Shown here: one piece after another, positions 1 through 9,094 of the stretch
Layout: every line of letters begins with the position of its first letter
Numbering within the stretch: position 1 is the first letter of the stretch
Virus record (IMG/VR): IMGVR_UViG_3300018432_000008
Coordinates: 1 to 53,460 of that record
Source of the DNA: a virus
Lineage: Duplodnaviria > Caudoviricetes
Direction: 5' to 3' (one strand)
Length of the DNA stretch: 53,460 bases
The notes under the pieces: generated by a model
The model's input: only the letters and a program-made list of their open reading frames with translations
Told to the model about the DNA's origin: nothing
Database searches by the model: none
Made by a program: the position numbers and the translations under genes

Positions 1-123
1 GCCTTGGTCACTCTCACCCGCTGTTCCAGTGCGTCCATTGCGGACATCCGGCGACGATGCGGGTGAAGGCATGAGCCCCAACCGATGCAAGAATTGTGAG
101 CATTGGCGGGGCAACCACGGCGA
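1..123. repeat. Direct terminal overlap (copy 1); circular assembly signature
   Basis: 1-123 is identical to 53338-53460. Confidence 0.95.
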
Positions 124-295
124 AACCCCGTTAACGAACGGGTGGGGCCGATGCACCTACGCAGAGCATGTGCATTCGCTTATGCGGCCGACGATTCACA
201 TGCCGAACTTTCAGGAAACGCTGCCCGCAGAGGCTGGCATTCTGCTGACGCAGGCGTGGTTTGGCTGCGTTCATTTTTCCACAGGTCAGCCGTGA
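71..295 (+). CDS. Small 4-Cys protein, paralog of 19553-19798
   Basis: CKNCEHW..WGRCTYAE..SLMRPT..AGIL.T.AWFGCVHF; ATG at 71. Confidence 0.7.
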   Translation: MSPNRCKNCEHWRGNHGETPLTNGWGRCTYAEHVHSLMRPTIHMPNFQETLPAEAGILLTQAWFGCVHFSTGQP

Positions 296-447
296 CTATC
301 GTCGCCATTGCCATCCTCGCGTTCATAGCAGGTGCTGTGGCCGGCGCGATGTTCGCCGTCAAGGTGATCGTCGCGCATCACATCAAGCGCCTTCGTGCAG
401 AGGGCGTTGCTGAAGACAAGATTTGGGCCGCACTGACAATCAGGTAA
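292..447 (+). CDS. Small membrane protein
   Basis: GTG overlaps the upstream stop; one hydrophobic helix. Confidence 0.55.
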   Translation: MTIVAIAILAFIAGAVAGAMFAVKVIVAHHIKRLRAEGVAEDKIWAALTIR

Positions 448-453
448 AGAGCG

Positions 454-684
454 ATGGCAGAAGGCGACTACCTACGAAGTTACGGATACGGCAGCTACAC
501 CTTCGACCCGTCCAAATGGACGTACCCGATCCATCCCAGCGTTGAAGCGCGCGTTGCGGAGTTGGAGAAGCGGCTGAGCGAGCAGGGTGTCCCGGTCGCT
601 ATGTGGACGGAAGAGGACAGCGGCAAGCAGTACGTCCTATTGCGCCGTGATATCGTTGAAGCTGGTCAGAAAGCATCCCGCTAA
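454..684 (+). CDS. Hypothetical protein
   Basis: ORF tiled in the operon. Confidence 0.55.
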   Translation: MAEGDYLRSYGYGSYTFDPSKWTYPIHPSVEARVAELEKRLSEQGVPVAMWTEEDSGKQYVLLRRDIVEAGQKASR

Positions 685-685
685 C

Positions 686-919
686 ATGACCTCCCTTACC
701 TCCCGTGCCCGCTTCGTCCCCGACCCCGTGGTGGAGCGAGACAGGGGCAGCATCGAGATCACGTTCAACAGCCGCTTCTGGGTAGTTGAGCGGAACTATG
801 GCCGCGAGACGTTGTGCGCTAAGCAGGGGTGGGTGAAGTACGACGACATGCAGCGCGGATTCCCAACGCGGCTGGCTGCCGTTGAAGCACTGTTGCAGTC
901 GGAATACTCGCTCCCATGA
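686..919 (+). CDS. Hypothetical protein
   Basis: ATG 686 follows the upstream stop; ATGA overlap with the next gene. Confidence 0.55.
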   Translation: MTSLTSRARFVPDPVVERDRGSIEITFNSRFWVVERNYGRETLCAKQGWVKYDDMQRGFPTRLAAVEALLQSEYSLP

Positions 920-1698
920 CCCGCACCGACCAAATCTGGACCACGGCGGCCTTCAGCATCGTCGGCTCGATGATGGCCGTGTTCATCACGCAGATGCCCG
1001 GCTGCGCAAAGGACGGCTCGGTCATCCCGTACCTGGACGACCTGAAGGGCGCGAGCGGTCGCATCGACCTGCGCGCGGACCAGATCGTTGAAGACGCTGC
1101 GGCGGTCAAGAAGCGCACGGACACGGTAGGCAAGGTCCACACGACGCGCATCGAAGCGAACGCTGAGCACATCAAGGCCGACGTGGTTGTGCAGCAGAAG
1201 GCTGCGGACGCATCGGGCAAGGAATACGCCAAGGTCACGCAGGAACGGGACGCCGCGCGCCGCGAGCACGCTGCGTACGTGGCGCATCAATCCAGCCTGT
1301 GGTACGTCAAAATCGGGCGCATCGTTGACCGGGTTATCAAACTGGCGTGGTGGCTGTTCGCGTTGCTGATCGGTGGCGGGTTCCTGTTGCGGATCGGCGG
1401 CATGTTCGCCGGCGGTTGGATCGGCGCGACGATGGCGAAGGTCGGCAGCATCGGCTTGCACATCCTGCCCATCGTCGGCGGCGTCGTGAATCAGTTCTTC
1501 GATAACGCATTCTTCAGGCAGCGGCAGTTCGCATTGGACTCGCCCAAGCCCTTGCCACCCACGGCCATCGTCGTAGACGCTGCGGACGTACCGACCACGG
1601 TAGACGTAGCCAAGCCGCTGACGCCTTCGGTGGACGCGAGCTACACGTCTACGACGGTGCGGAGCGCGACGCCACGCAAGGCGGGGAAGCGGAAATGA
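916..1698 (+). CDS. Putative lipoprotein/membrane protein (lysis region, possibly spanin-like)
   Basis: Signal-like N-terminus ending PG-C, coiled region, C-terminal TM segments. Confidence 0.5.
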   Translation: MTRTDQIWTTAAFSIVGSMMAVFITQMPGCAKDGSVIPYLDDLKGASGRIDLRADQIVEDAAAVKKRTDTVGKVHTTRIEANAEHIKADVVVQQKAADASGKEYAKVTQERDAARREHAAYVAHQSSLWYVKIGRIVDRVIKLAWWLFALLIGGGFLLRIGGMFAGGWIGATMAKVGSIGLHILPIVGGVVNQFFDNAFFRQRQFALDSPKPLPPTAIVVDAADVPTTVDVAKPLTPSVDASYTSTTVRSATPRKAGKRK

Positions 1699-1799
1699 CG
1701 CTGGAAGTCCTACTAGCGATTTGGGCCGCGTTGATGGTGTTCATGCTGGGCATGATCGTCGGAATCAACCTTGCTCGCGAGCTAGCTAGGCATCAATGA
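1695..1799 (+). CDS. Small hydrophobic peptide (34 aa)
   Basis: MTLEVLLAIWAALMVFMLGMIVGINL; ATGA overlaps at both ends. Confidence 0.5.
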   Translation: MTLEVLLAIWAALMVFMLGMIVGINLARELARHQ

Positions 1800-1906
1800 C
1801 CCGCGACACGCGCAACCTGTTGCTGCTCGCCGCCGCGATCGGCGCTGCTACGGGCACGGCTGCCACGCTGGCTACGCTGTACGTGGTACTGATGGGGCTG
1901 AGATGA
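1796..1906 (+). CDS. Small hydrophobic peptide (36 aa)
   Basis: MTRDTRNLLLLAAAIGAATGTAATLATLYVVLMGLR; ATGA coupling. Confidence 0.5.
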   Translation: MTRDTRNLLLLAAAIGAATGTAATLATLYVVLMGLR

Positions 1907-1915
1907 GACGGGGCG

Positions 1916-2182
1916 CTAAAAGTCGAGTTTGCCGAGAATTTGGCCGGGGTCGCAAATCTTCACCATGCCCGGCGGCAGAAGTTCATTCTCGACCACAGGG
2001 ATGCCGTTAATCCACAGATGCTTGCGGGGAACGAAACCGACGGCGCGCGGGTCATCGTCGCCGCAGGGTTGAAGGTGGCCGTTCTCGTCGCGGATGAAAT
2101 GAGTGCCTGCCGCGATGTGCAGGACTTCCGCCAGCGGCGGTTCGTCGATGTACCCGATGTAGCCGTGTCGCTTCTCGTTCAT
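1916..2182 (-). CDS. Counter-oriented hypothetical protein, probably leaderless
   Basis: TGC-TATACT-N6-ATG upstream of 2182. Confidence 0.6.
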   Translation of the reverse strand: MNEKRHGYIGYIDEPPLAEVLHIAAGTHFIRDENGHLQPCGDDDPRAVGFVPRKHLWINGIPVVENELLPPGMVKICDPGQILGKLDF

Positions 2183-2395
2183 CGCCGCAGTATAGCACAA
2201 GAAAACCAAAGCGCCGGACGAGTGGCCGCGTCAACGACCACCCGCCCGATTCCACACCCCCGCCATTACACGGGAGCAGGCCATGAAGCACACTATCGGT
2301 AAGATAGGCAATCGCCATGAGAATCCACCGAGAATCCTCTAAGCGGCATTCACCGTAGCGCGCCAGCCGTATCGGCGTCTGAGTACCCCACGCCG

Positions 2396-2785
2396 ATGAA
2401 TTGGGAACAACTAGAGCAGCTTGGCGAAAAGTTCGGGTGGGCGATCGTAGCGGTCGTCCTGCTGGGCATTGCGCTGCACAAGGAAATCTTCACCCTCGGC
2501 CGCGAGACGGGTGCCGTTCGCAAAGAGCTTGAGCGGCACCGTACGGAGATCGAAGCCGAGCGGACCCGCCACCGCTTGGAAATGGAAGCCGAGCGTCAAC
2601 GCCAGCGGGAGGAGATCGAACGCATTCAGGAGCGGCACGGCTTCGCCGTCAGCAAATGGGAAGCGATGGCGGATGCGAACAACGTTCTGCTGCGTGATGC
2701 GCAAGCACAATTGAGCCGGGCGACCGGAATTGCCGAGAACCTTGCGGATAAGTTGGCACAGCTTTTGACGCGGGACAAGGCATGA
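2396..2785 (+). CDS. Holin-like membrane/coiled-coil protein
   Basis: N-terminal TM helix followed by a charged coiled coil. Confidence 0.5.
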   Translation: MNWEQLEQLGEKFGWAIVAVVLLGIALHKEIFTLGRETGAVRKELERHRTEIEAERTRHRLEMEAERQRQREEIERIQERHGFAVSKWEAMADANNVLLRDAQAQLSRATGIAENLADKLAQLLTRDKA

Positions 2786-3000
2786 GTCGTATCACCGAAC
2801 TAGAGCAGCGCGAGATGGGCGACGAGATGGCTTACGAGCGCTACGTTGAGCATCAGCGCAGCATTGTAGAAATCCGCGAACAACAGCGACGTACCAATGC
2901 CCGCCTTGATCGACTGGAATCCATCATTCTGCCTGGAGTTTCTGTCGGCGGCGGCAGCGCTGATCGGCGCGACGATCAGCGGACGGTTCACCTACAGTAG
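2782..3000 (+). CDS. Hypothetical coiled-coil protein
   Basis: ATGA overlap. Confidence 0.4.
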   Translation: MSRITELEQREMGDEMAYERYVEHQRSIVEIREQQRRTNARLDRLESIILPGVSVGGGSADRRDDQRTVHLQ

Positions 3001-3244
3001 CCATCGCACGCTGCGGAACATGCTGGCCGACAAGGTCGTGTTCGGCATCGTCTTTGCCAAGACGAAGCGTCGCACCAACGCGACACTGTTCTTCGTTCAG
3101 CTCACTTTGATCGTCGCGTGCGTCTACCGAATCCATCCTTTTCTGGGCTGGGCCGTTGTACCCGCTGCGATGCGGCTGGCGATGTCCCTTGCCGTTATCC
3201 GCTGCTGCTGGCTGAACGCGCGTGACCGGCGGGAACTGGCGTGA
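2897..3244 (+). CDS. Multi-TM membrane protein (holin candidate)
   Basis: About three hydrophobic segments; GTGA overlap with the next gene. Confidence 0.5.
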   Translation: MPALIDWNPSFCLEFLSAAAALIGATISGRFTYSSHRTLRNMLADKVVFGIVFAKTKRRTNATLFFVQLTLIVACVYRIHPFLGWAVVPAAMRLAMSLAVIRCCWLNARDRRELA

Positions 3245-3663
3245 CGCACATGTCCCAGCGGGTCTCACTCAAAGAGCACCTTGAGAAGCTACAGCACGAG
3301 CGCGACCGGTTCGCCTCCGAACGTGACCGCCGCTATTGCGAAGTGGCCTTGGAGCGCGAAAAGGCGCTGAAGATCAAGGACGTTGCCGACCGCGACGCGC
3401 TGCAACTGGCGAGAGAAATCCAGACGTACAAGGACACTCAGGCCAACGAGCTGCGGGAGCAGATTAACCGTGAGCGCGTCCTGTACACGACCAAGGCTGA
3501 CTTGACCGCCGCGGTGGAGAAGTTGGAAGCGACGATCAAGCCGCTCGTGACGTACACCACTTCGCAGCAGGGCAAGAGCACGGGTTTATCGGCGTGGTTT
3601 GGCTACATCTGTGGCGCGGTGGGCATCGTCGCAACCGTCGTCGCCATCGCTTGGAAAGGTTAA
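3241..3663 (+). CDS. Coiled-coil protein with C-terminal TM anchor
   Basis: Heptad-rich body; WFGYICGAVGIVATVVAIAW tail. Confidence 0.6.
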   Translation: MTHMSQRVSLKEHLEKLQHERDRFASERDRRYCEVALEREKALKIKDVADRDALQLAREIQTYKDTQANELREQINRERVLYTTKADLTAAVEKLEATIKPLVTYTTSQQGKSTGLSAWFGYICGAVGIVATVVAIAWKG

Positions 3664-3666
3664 CCC

Positions 3667-3816
3667 ATGTCGCTGATCGTACTCATCCTAATTCTCATCG
3701 CCGCTGGCGCTGCCGTGACGTACATCCCGATGGACCGGCGCATCCGCACGGCCATCGTCGTGGTGTGTGTGGTGGTGGCTGTACTGTGGTTGCTGAGATT
3801 TGCTGGGCTGATTTAG
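3667..3816 (+). CDS. Small two-TM membrane protein (49 aa)
   Basis: MSLIVLILILIAAGAAVTYIPMDRRIRTAIVVVCVVVAVLWLLRFAGLI. Confidence 0.6.
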   Translation: MSLIVLILILIAAGAAVTYIPMDRRIRTAIVVVCVVVAVLWLLRFAGLI

Positions 3817-4121
3817 GCGTACTGAGGTGGTCTGACCCGTTCCCAGCCAAGGCGTTCAAGCAGCGGTTCCCACGCTTCAACGCGATGATTCTTATAGGGG
3901 TCAATCGTTGAGATGCTTTGTACGTCGCCGTCTCGCGCAATGATCTTCAGCCTGCCGTCGTCAGCGCCGGGTGTAAGTTCAAGTTCCCACTGGTCGCCTT
4001 GGCTGCGGACGACTTCGCATTTGAAGTGAATCAGATCACCGGACCACTCGTTGAAGGGTCCGATCTTGCCGAGTAGGTCAAGGTCTTCCTGACGCCATGT
4101 GCCGGTTCGTTTGAATCGCAT
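3813..4121 (-). CDS. Counter-oriented hypothetical protein, probably leaderless
   Basis: TGG-TATAGT-N6-ATG at 4121. Confidence 0.6.
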   Translation of the reverse strand: MRFKRTGTWRQEDLDLLGKIGPFNEWSGDLIHFKCEVVRSQGDQWELELTPGADDGRLKIIARDGDVQSISTIDPYKNHRVEAWEPLLERLGWERVRPPQYA

Positions 4122-4150
4122 CCCCACACTATACCACGCGAATCGAGCCA

Positions 4151-5563
4151 ATGGACCGCTCAACCGTCATCTCATCCGTCCAAGCCATCATCGACGCTGG
4201 CGACCTAGCCGCCGCTACGCTGGTGTTCTCACCCGCAGACGAGGTAGAGCTTGTCCCGACGCCAGCGCCGCCCCCGCCCGCACCTGTCGGCGTGACGGAC
4301 TTGAAGGGCCGCTACGATAAAGCAAGCAAGAAAGCGGTCCTGACGTACACCTACGACCGTACGAAAAACCCCTACGTCGTCCTGCGCGACGATGTCCTGA
4401 TCCAGAACTACGAGGACAACAACGGCGACGCGAACGTTCCGCATACAGGCACGCGCCGCTATCGAGTCCGCGACAAGGCGGGCGTGCTGTCCAACGAAGT
4501 GACGGTGAGCGTGACGGGCGTGGTGCCGGGCGAAGTGCCGCCGGTGACGCCGCCCATCCCGCAGCCCGAACCGACCCCCGGCGGTGTACTGCGCGTGGGC
4601 AGCGACGGCGACGTGAAGACGTTGGCTGAGATGAAGGCGAAGCTGAAGGACGGGCTGACCGTTCTGTTCCGCCAGGGCGAGACGTTCGCCACGGCCGGCA
4701 CTATCGAGATACGCCAGAAGAACGTCCGCTTCCTTACCTACGGCACGGATACGCAGCGCCCGGTGCTGCGGTATGACGGGGGCGGTCAGTACAACCCGCT
4801 GTTCATGCTGCGCAGCGCCAAGGCCGTTGAGTTCGTCGGCTTCACGCTGGAAACCACGGGCATCCACCCCGCGTTTGAGTTCACGGACGGCGCTGGTGGT
4901 CACTTCCACCACCTTCACTCGGAAAAGGGGAAGCTCGGCCACTTCATGCAGATCAAGAACGGTGCCGGCATCCTCGTGGAATACTGCGAGAACCTTGGGG
5001 TCCAGCGGTACGACATCTTCGTTGACAAGGTCCGCGGCCTGATCGTGCGCAAGAACGTGTTCCTGTCGTCTGTCCACGCGGACGAGAACGAGCACAAGGT
5101 GCGGATGTACAACGCTGAGGACGTGGAGATATCGGACAACCGGATGGAAGAGGGGCGCAAGTCCTGCGTCAACTTCCGCGACGGCGAGCGGGTGAAGATT
5201 CTCCGCAACGACTTCACCGGCCCGAGCGGCATGACCGTCGGCGCGCTGATGGACGACGACGGTTCGCCGACGGCAGACCTTGGCACCGACGACACGCTGA
5301 TCGAGTCCAACACGTTCCGCAATGGCGGCATCGACGTGGAGTTGGGCGCGAAGAACACGCGCATCCACAGCAACGTGTTCCACCCGAAGAAACCGGGGCA
5401 AGCGTTCATCAAGTTCGACTATCAGGAACGGTTCAAGGGACGTGGCCCGGCCAGCGGAGAAGTCATCGGCAACATCGTCCACGGCGGCGGCAAGCTGTAC
5501 TCGCTCACGAAGGGCGGCACAGTCAAAGACTTTACGATGGCGGATAACGAGTCGGTGGCGTGA
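4151..5563 (+). CDS. Right-handed beta-helix (pectate lyase-like) protein with FN3-like N-domain; depolymerase candidate
   Basis: Repeated N-V-x-I-x-x-N strands (ILVEYCEN, LIVRKNVF, VEISDNRM, TLIESNTF); Pro-rich linkers. Confidence 0.7.
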   Translation: MDRSTVISSVQAIIDAGDLAAATLVFSPADEVELVPTPAPPPPAPVGVTDLKGRYDKASKKAVLTYTYDRTKNPYVVLRDDVLIQNYEDNNGDANVPHTGTRRYRVRDKAGVLSNEVTVSVTGVVPGEVPPVTPPIPQPEPTPGGVLRVGSDGDVKTLAEMKAKLKDGLTVLFRQGETFATAGTIEIRQKNVRFLTYGTDTQRPVLRYDGGGQYNPLFMLRSAKAVEFVGFTLETTGIHPAFEFTDGAGGHFHHLHSEKGKLGHFMQIKNGAGILVEYCENLGVQRYDIFVDKVRGLIVRKNVFLSSVHADENEHKVRMYNAEDVEISDNRMEEGRKSCVNFRDGERVKILRNDFTGPSGMTVGALMDDDGSPTADLGTDDTLIESNTFRNGGIDVELGAKNTRIHSNVFHPKKPGQAFIKFDYQERFKGRGPASGEVIGNIVHGGGKLYSLTKGGTVKDFTMADNESVA

Positions 5564-6501
5564 GGCTCTACGCCCCCGCGAACTACACCCCCGTAGCCGA
5601 CGACAACGACCCCGGCGCCGTCCCGCGCTACACCCAGAACTGGCCCGTCAGCCAGTACCTGCTCGACCAGGGCGTCCGCCCCGTCATGCGGATCGCACGC
5701 CAAGACCTAAACCGCGCCTTCTGCTGGCACGGCCAAGAAATGCGATGGGTAGACGACGGTACGGGCAAGCGCAGGCCCGACCTCGACCTGAGCACGGCCA
5801 AGGACAACGTAGACACGCTCAACGCCAAGGCGTTCGCCGCCTGCGCAGAACTGGCCTGGCCCGAGAACATCAACCGCTACTGGCCCGACGCGAAGGTCAA
5901 GGGCGAGCCCTGGATACCAATCTACCTCGACATCGAGGACACGACCGGGGGACCGTTCCACGTCAACGTCAACGCTTCCGCCGCCGATCGTGACGCGCTG
6001 GGCAAGCGGATGCGCGACGCCGTGATGGCGCTGCGCAAGGCCAACCCGCACTCGCTGCTGTGGTGGTACGCCGGCCCGCCGATGCTGGAGCCGCAACAGT
6101 TGCTGACGATCACGGCGGTCAACAGGTATCGCGAGTGGCCGAAGCGGACGAGCGAGTTCACGTCTGCCGTCGATAGCGCGACGATCAGCGCGTACGAGCC
6201 CGAGAACGCCGACGCGCTGTGGGAAGCCGGATTCGCCAAGGCGATCCGGCGCTACCGCGAGCACTACAGCTACCTGCCGCTGACCGTGTTCTGGAAGCCG
6301 ACGTACGAAGGGACCGAGCGAGCGATCGAGCTTGAGAAGACGAAGCGGCGATTCGGTCGGTTCACGGCTGAGCGCGTGGACAACGTGGTCATCTTCGAAG
6401 CCGGGCCGCTGACCGAGGGCGTGAGAGTGAACGTCGATTACGCGGTTGGCGCGCAAGGGGTCGCCGGTGCGGCGGGTGTGACGAAGGAACTGAAGAACTG
6501 A
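5560..6501 (+). CDS. Hypothetical protein, possible glycoside hydrolase-like fold
   Basis: 313 aa, aromatic-rich, YLDIED motif; fold is inferred. Confidence 0.45.
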   Translation: MRLYAPANYTPVADDNDPGAVPRYTQNWPVSQYLLDQGVRPVMRIARQDLNRAFCWHGQEMRWVDDGTGKRRPDLDLSTAKDNVDTLNAKAFAACAELAWPENINRYWPDAKVKGEPWIPIYLDIEDTTGGPFHVNVNASAADRDALGKRMRDAVMALRKANPHSLLWWYAGPPMLEPQQLLTITAVNRYREWPKRTSEFTSAVDSATISAYEPENADALWEAGFAKAIRRYREHYSYLPLTVFWKPTYEGTERAIELEKTKRRFGRFTAERVDNVVIFEAGPLTEGVRVNVDYAVGAQGVAGAAGVTKELKN

Positions 6502-6511
6502 AACGATAACA

Positions 6512-8146
6512 ATGGCTTTCGGCACCGACACATTCACGAACACCGCTGGAACCGCAGTTTCTACCCACAACGCGCTGTGGGTCCAGCACCCGCTACGCGC
6601 GACGGGCGCGCTAGTCATTACCGACGCAAATCGAGCTAGGGGTAATGCGAACGCGCACCACCTGTTCTACTACGACACCGATCCGGGCGCGGATGATTAC
6701 CCGGTCACGGTCCGCGTGCGCGTTGCGTCAGTTCTCAACCCCGCTGGCGCGGCCGCTCGGCAGTCCACTTCGAGCAACGGGGCGTTGGGATTCGCCGCCT
6801 ACCACACTCGTCTAGAGGCAACGGGCGTTTTCCTGTATCGCATCAACGGCGATGGTGGGCAGATCACTCTTGCCTCCGTCCTATTTACCCCGACGGTCGG
6901 CGAAGACTACGACTTGACCGTCTACCCTCAAGGCGTTGGGGCAACGGTAACCGTCGACGGGAAAGTGAAGCGCGTCAGCGACAGCCAGTATCTAACGAGC
7001 GGTGCAACGTGGCAGGCGGGCGAGGTCAATTTTGCGAGCATTGCAGACTCAAGCGCCAGTCGAATCGTCGCCCGAAATCGCGCGGCAATTTACGAGTTTG
7101 GCATCTCGACGAACTCAACCGGGTTCCACATCGACAGCTTTTCGGCCGGCCTGGACACCGTGCTCGCAGTTGGCGTCGGGAGCATCACGGACCAGACGGA
7201 CACGACGATGTCCTACTCGTTCGTCGCCGCGACGGGCGGGACCGACCCGAAGACGTACGCGATCTACCGCCTTACCGATCCTAGCGCGAACGCGAACACG
7301 GGCACCCTGATCGACACGACCTTGACCGGCACGGCCACGGGGCTCACACCGGAAACGTTCTACTGCTTCAAGTGCATCGTCACCGATGCCGTAGCGGCCA
7401 CGGAAGAAACGGCGGATGCGGCCGTCACCGCCATCGGCTTCACGCTGCCCGCCGACAAGGACATCGACCCGACCTTCCACCAGATCGGAGACTCGATCAC
7501 GACCGGGGGCACGCCGACGACGGTAGCGAAGCTGGCGACAGTCCTTGCCACCCTGCTCGACGTGGGCTCAATCACGTCGGGGATCAACGGGGTGGGCGGC
7601 GGCGGGATGGGCTCGTTCGTCAACGAGGACTTGTCCGCGCACGCCAACCTCACCGGCGCGATCGCCGCTGCCGACACGGCCGGCGTGACGGACTTCAACA
7701 TCGCGCTTGGCATCAACGACCCCGAGAATTTCACAAAAGCACAGTGGAAGGCTCGCTACGTCGCCCTGATCGGACACATCCGCACCGGCGCATGGCCCGA
7801 GCTGGCGCGCATCTGGCTGCTGCCGAACACGGGACGGCTCGTGGGGGGCGGGAATGGCGGCAATCAGGTGAACCACGACCGCTACCGCGAGTACCAGGAA
7901 GCCATCCGCGAGATCGTCGCCGAAGACGACGGCGCAGACGGCATCACGCTCTACGCAGGCTCGCTGGCACGGTACGAGTACGTCCTGTCCCACCCCGAGC
8001 GACTGACGGACGGCACGCACCTTGACCAGACGGGTCTTGACCAGATCGGCACGCTCGATGCGCACCACTGGTACATGACGATGCTGCACGAAGCCTACCT
8101 GCGCCCCGCTGACGTGGCTGCTGCGGTCGCTGCTTACGGTGAATAG
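6512..8146 (+). CDS. Lectin/FN3-like plus SGNH (GDSL) hydrolase
   Basis: GDSIT, G block, GIND, DGTH catalytic blocks; TATGLTPETFY FN3 signature. Confidence 0.75.
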   Translation: MAFGTDTFTNTAGTAVSTHNALWVQHPLRATGALVITDANRARGNANAHHLFYYDTDPGADDYPVTVRVRVASVLNPAGAAARQSTSSNGALGFAAYHTRLEATGVFLYRINGDGGQITLASVLFTPTVGEDYDLTVYPQGVGATVTVDGKVKRVSDSQYLTSGATWQAGEVNFASIADSSASRIVARNRAAIYEFGISTNSTGFHIDSFSAGLDTVLAVGVGSITDQTDTTMSYSFVAATGGTDPKTYAIYRLTDPSANANTGTLIDTTLTGTATGLTPETFYCFKCIVTDAVAATEETADAAVTAIGFTLPADKDIDPTFHQIGDSITTGGTPTTVAKLATVLATLLDVGSITSGINGVGGGGMGSFVNEDLSAHANLTGAIAAADTAGVTDFNIALGINDPENFTKAQWKARYVALIGHIRTGAWPELARIWLLPNTGRLVGGGNGGNQVNHDRYREYQEAIREIVAEDDGADGITLYAGSLARYEYVLSHPERLTDGTHLDQTGLDQIGTLDAHHWYMTMLHEAYLRPADVAAAVAAYGE

Positions 8147-8149
8147 GCT

Positions 8150-8668
8150 ATGTACACGGTCGAAGACCATGCCGCTGCGATCATGGCCGACGTGCCTTAC
8201 CCGGCGCGGTCGAGCACGCCTGCTCCGACGAACTACGCCGAGATGCTGGCGATGGCGGTGTGGGGTGAGAACGAAGCGAAGCTGACCGCCGACGACACCG
8301 CCCCCACCCTCTCTACCTTAGCCGTCCCCTCTGCCGGCACCACCGTAACTGGCACCCTGAGCGAAGCCTGCACCCCTGCATCAGGAACCGGTGGATTCAC
8401 CCTGGGCGGTACGGACGCCACCGTCGCAAGCTGGGCTATCTCAGGCACCACGCTGACGCTGACGCTCACAGGCACGGTCTACGACGGCGAGACGGTGACG
8501 CTCTCGTACAGCCGTGCAGGGACGACGGACGACATCGAAGATGGTGCGGGGCTGTTCCTCCAAGACTTTGCGGACGCGCCTGTTGTCAATAACAGCCAAG
8601 AGGTGCAGCCATCGGGCGGCGGGACAGTTGTCTTGTTGGGTGCTTTTGGGTTCGGCGGGGGCTTTTGA
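8150..8668 (+). CDS. Ig-like (SwmB-type) domain virion protein
   Basis: DTAPTL..ISGTTLTLTLTGTVYDGETVTLSY. Confidence 0.55.
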   Translation: MYTVEDHAAAIMADVPYPARSSTPAPTNYAEMLAMAVWGENEAKLTADDTAPTLSTLAVPSAGTTVTGTLSEACTPASGTGGFTLGGTDATVASWAISGTTLTLTLTGTVYDGETVTLSYSRAGTTDDIEDGAGLFLQDFADAPVVNNSQEVQPSGGGTVVLLGAFGFGGGF

Positions 8669-8677
8669 GGAATCGAC

Positions 8678-9091
8678 ATGGCAGGAACCGTCACACACGA
8701 CATTGAATACGGCGCGACGGCTTCAATGGCCCGCCACGTCATCACGTGGGTCAGTAGTTCTGGTGGCGCTGTGGGTCCAACGTTTGATTCGGGTTCGCTT
8801 AAACGCATCAGCGGCGTGATATTGCGCGTTATCGAACAGCCCGATACGGGCGGAACAAAACCCAGCGATAGCTACGATGTTCTGTTTGAGGACGAATCTG
8901 GTACCGACTTACTCGGTGGGCAGGGCGCGAACGTAGACGCAGACGCGACCATCGACGTGTGCCCTGGCCTGCCATTCACGGACGGGGTCACCACAAGCCT
9001 TGTTCCCCCAGCATTGCATGACGTTCCGGTACTGCGAATTACGAACGCCGGCAATGCCAAGGGCGGAAAACTCATCCTGTACGTGCGATAA
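8678..9091 (+). CDS. Putative virion protein
   Basis: GAGG RBS; beta-rich 137 aa. Confidence 0.6.
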   Translation: MAGTVTHDIEYGATASMARHVITWVSSSGGAVGPTFDSGSLKRISGVILRVIEQPDTGGTKPSDSYDVLFEDESGTDLLGGQGANVDADATIDVCPGLPFTDGVTTSLVPPALHDVPVLRITNAGNAKGGKLILYVR

Positions 9092-9094
9092 CAC

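Noticed and set aside
1-123. Physical direct terminal repeat of the virion DNA
   Set aside because: It cuts through a coding region and is more simply an assembly overlap; cannot be resolved without reads
4229-5482. 417-aa - strand ORF
   Set aside because: Shadow of the beta-helix gene; V/L/H/D-rich composition typical of antisense frames
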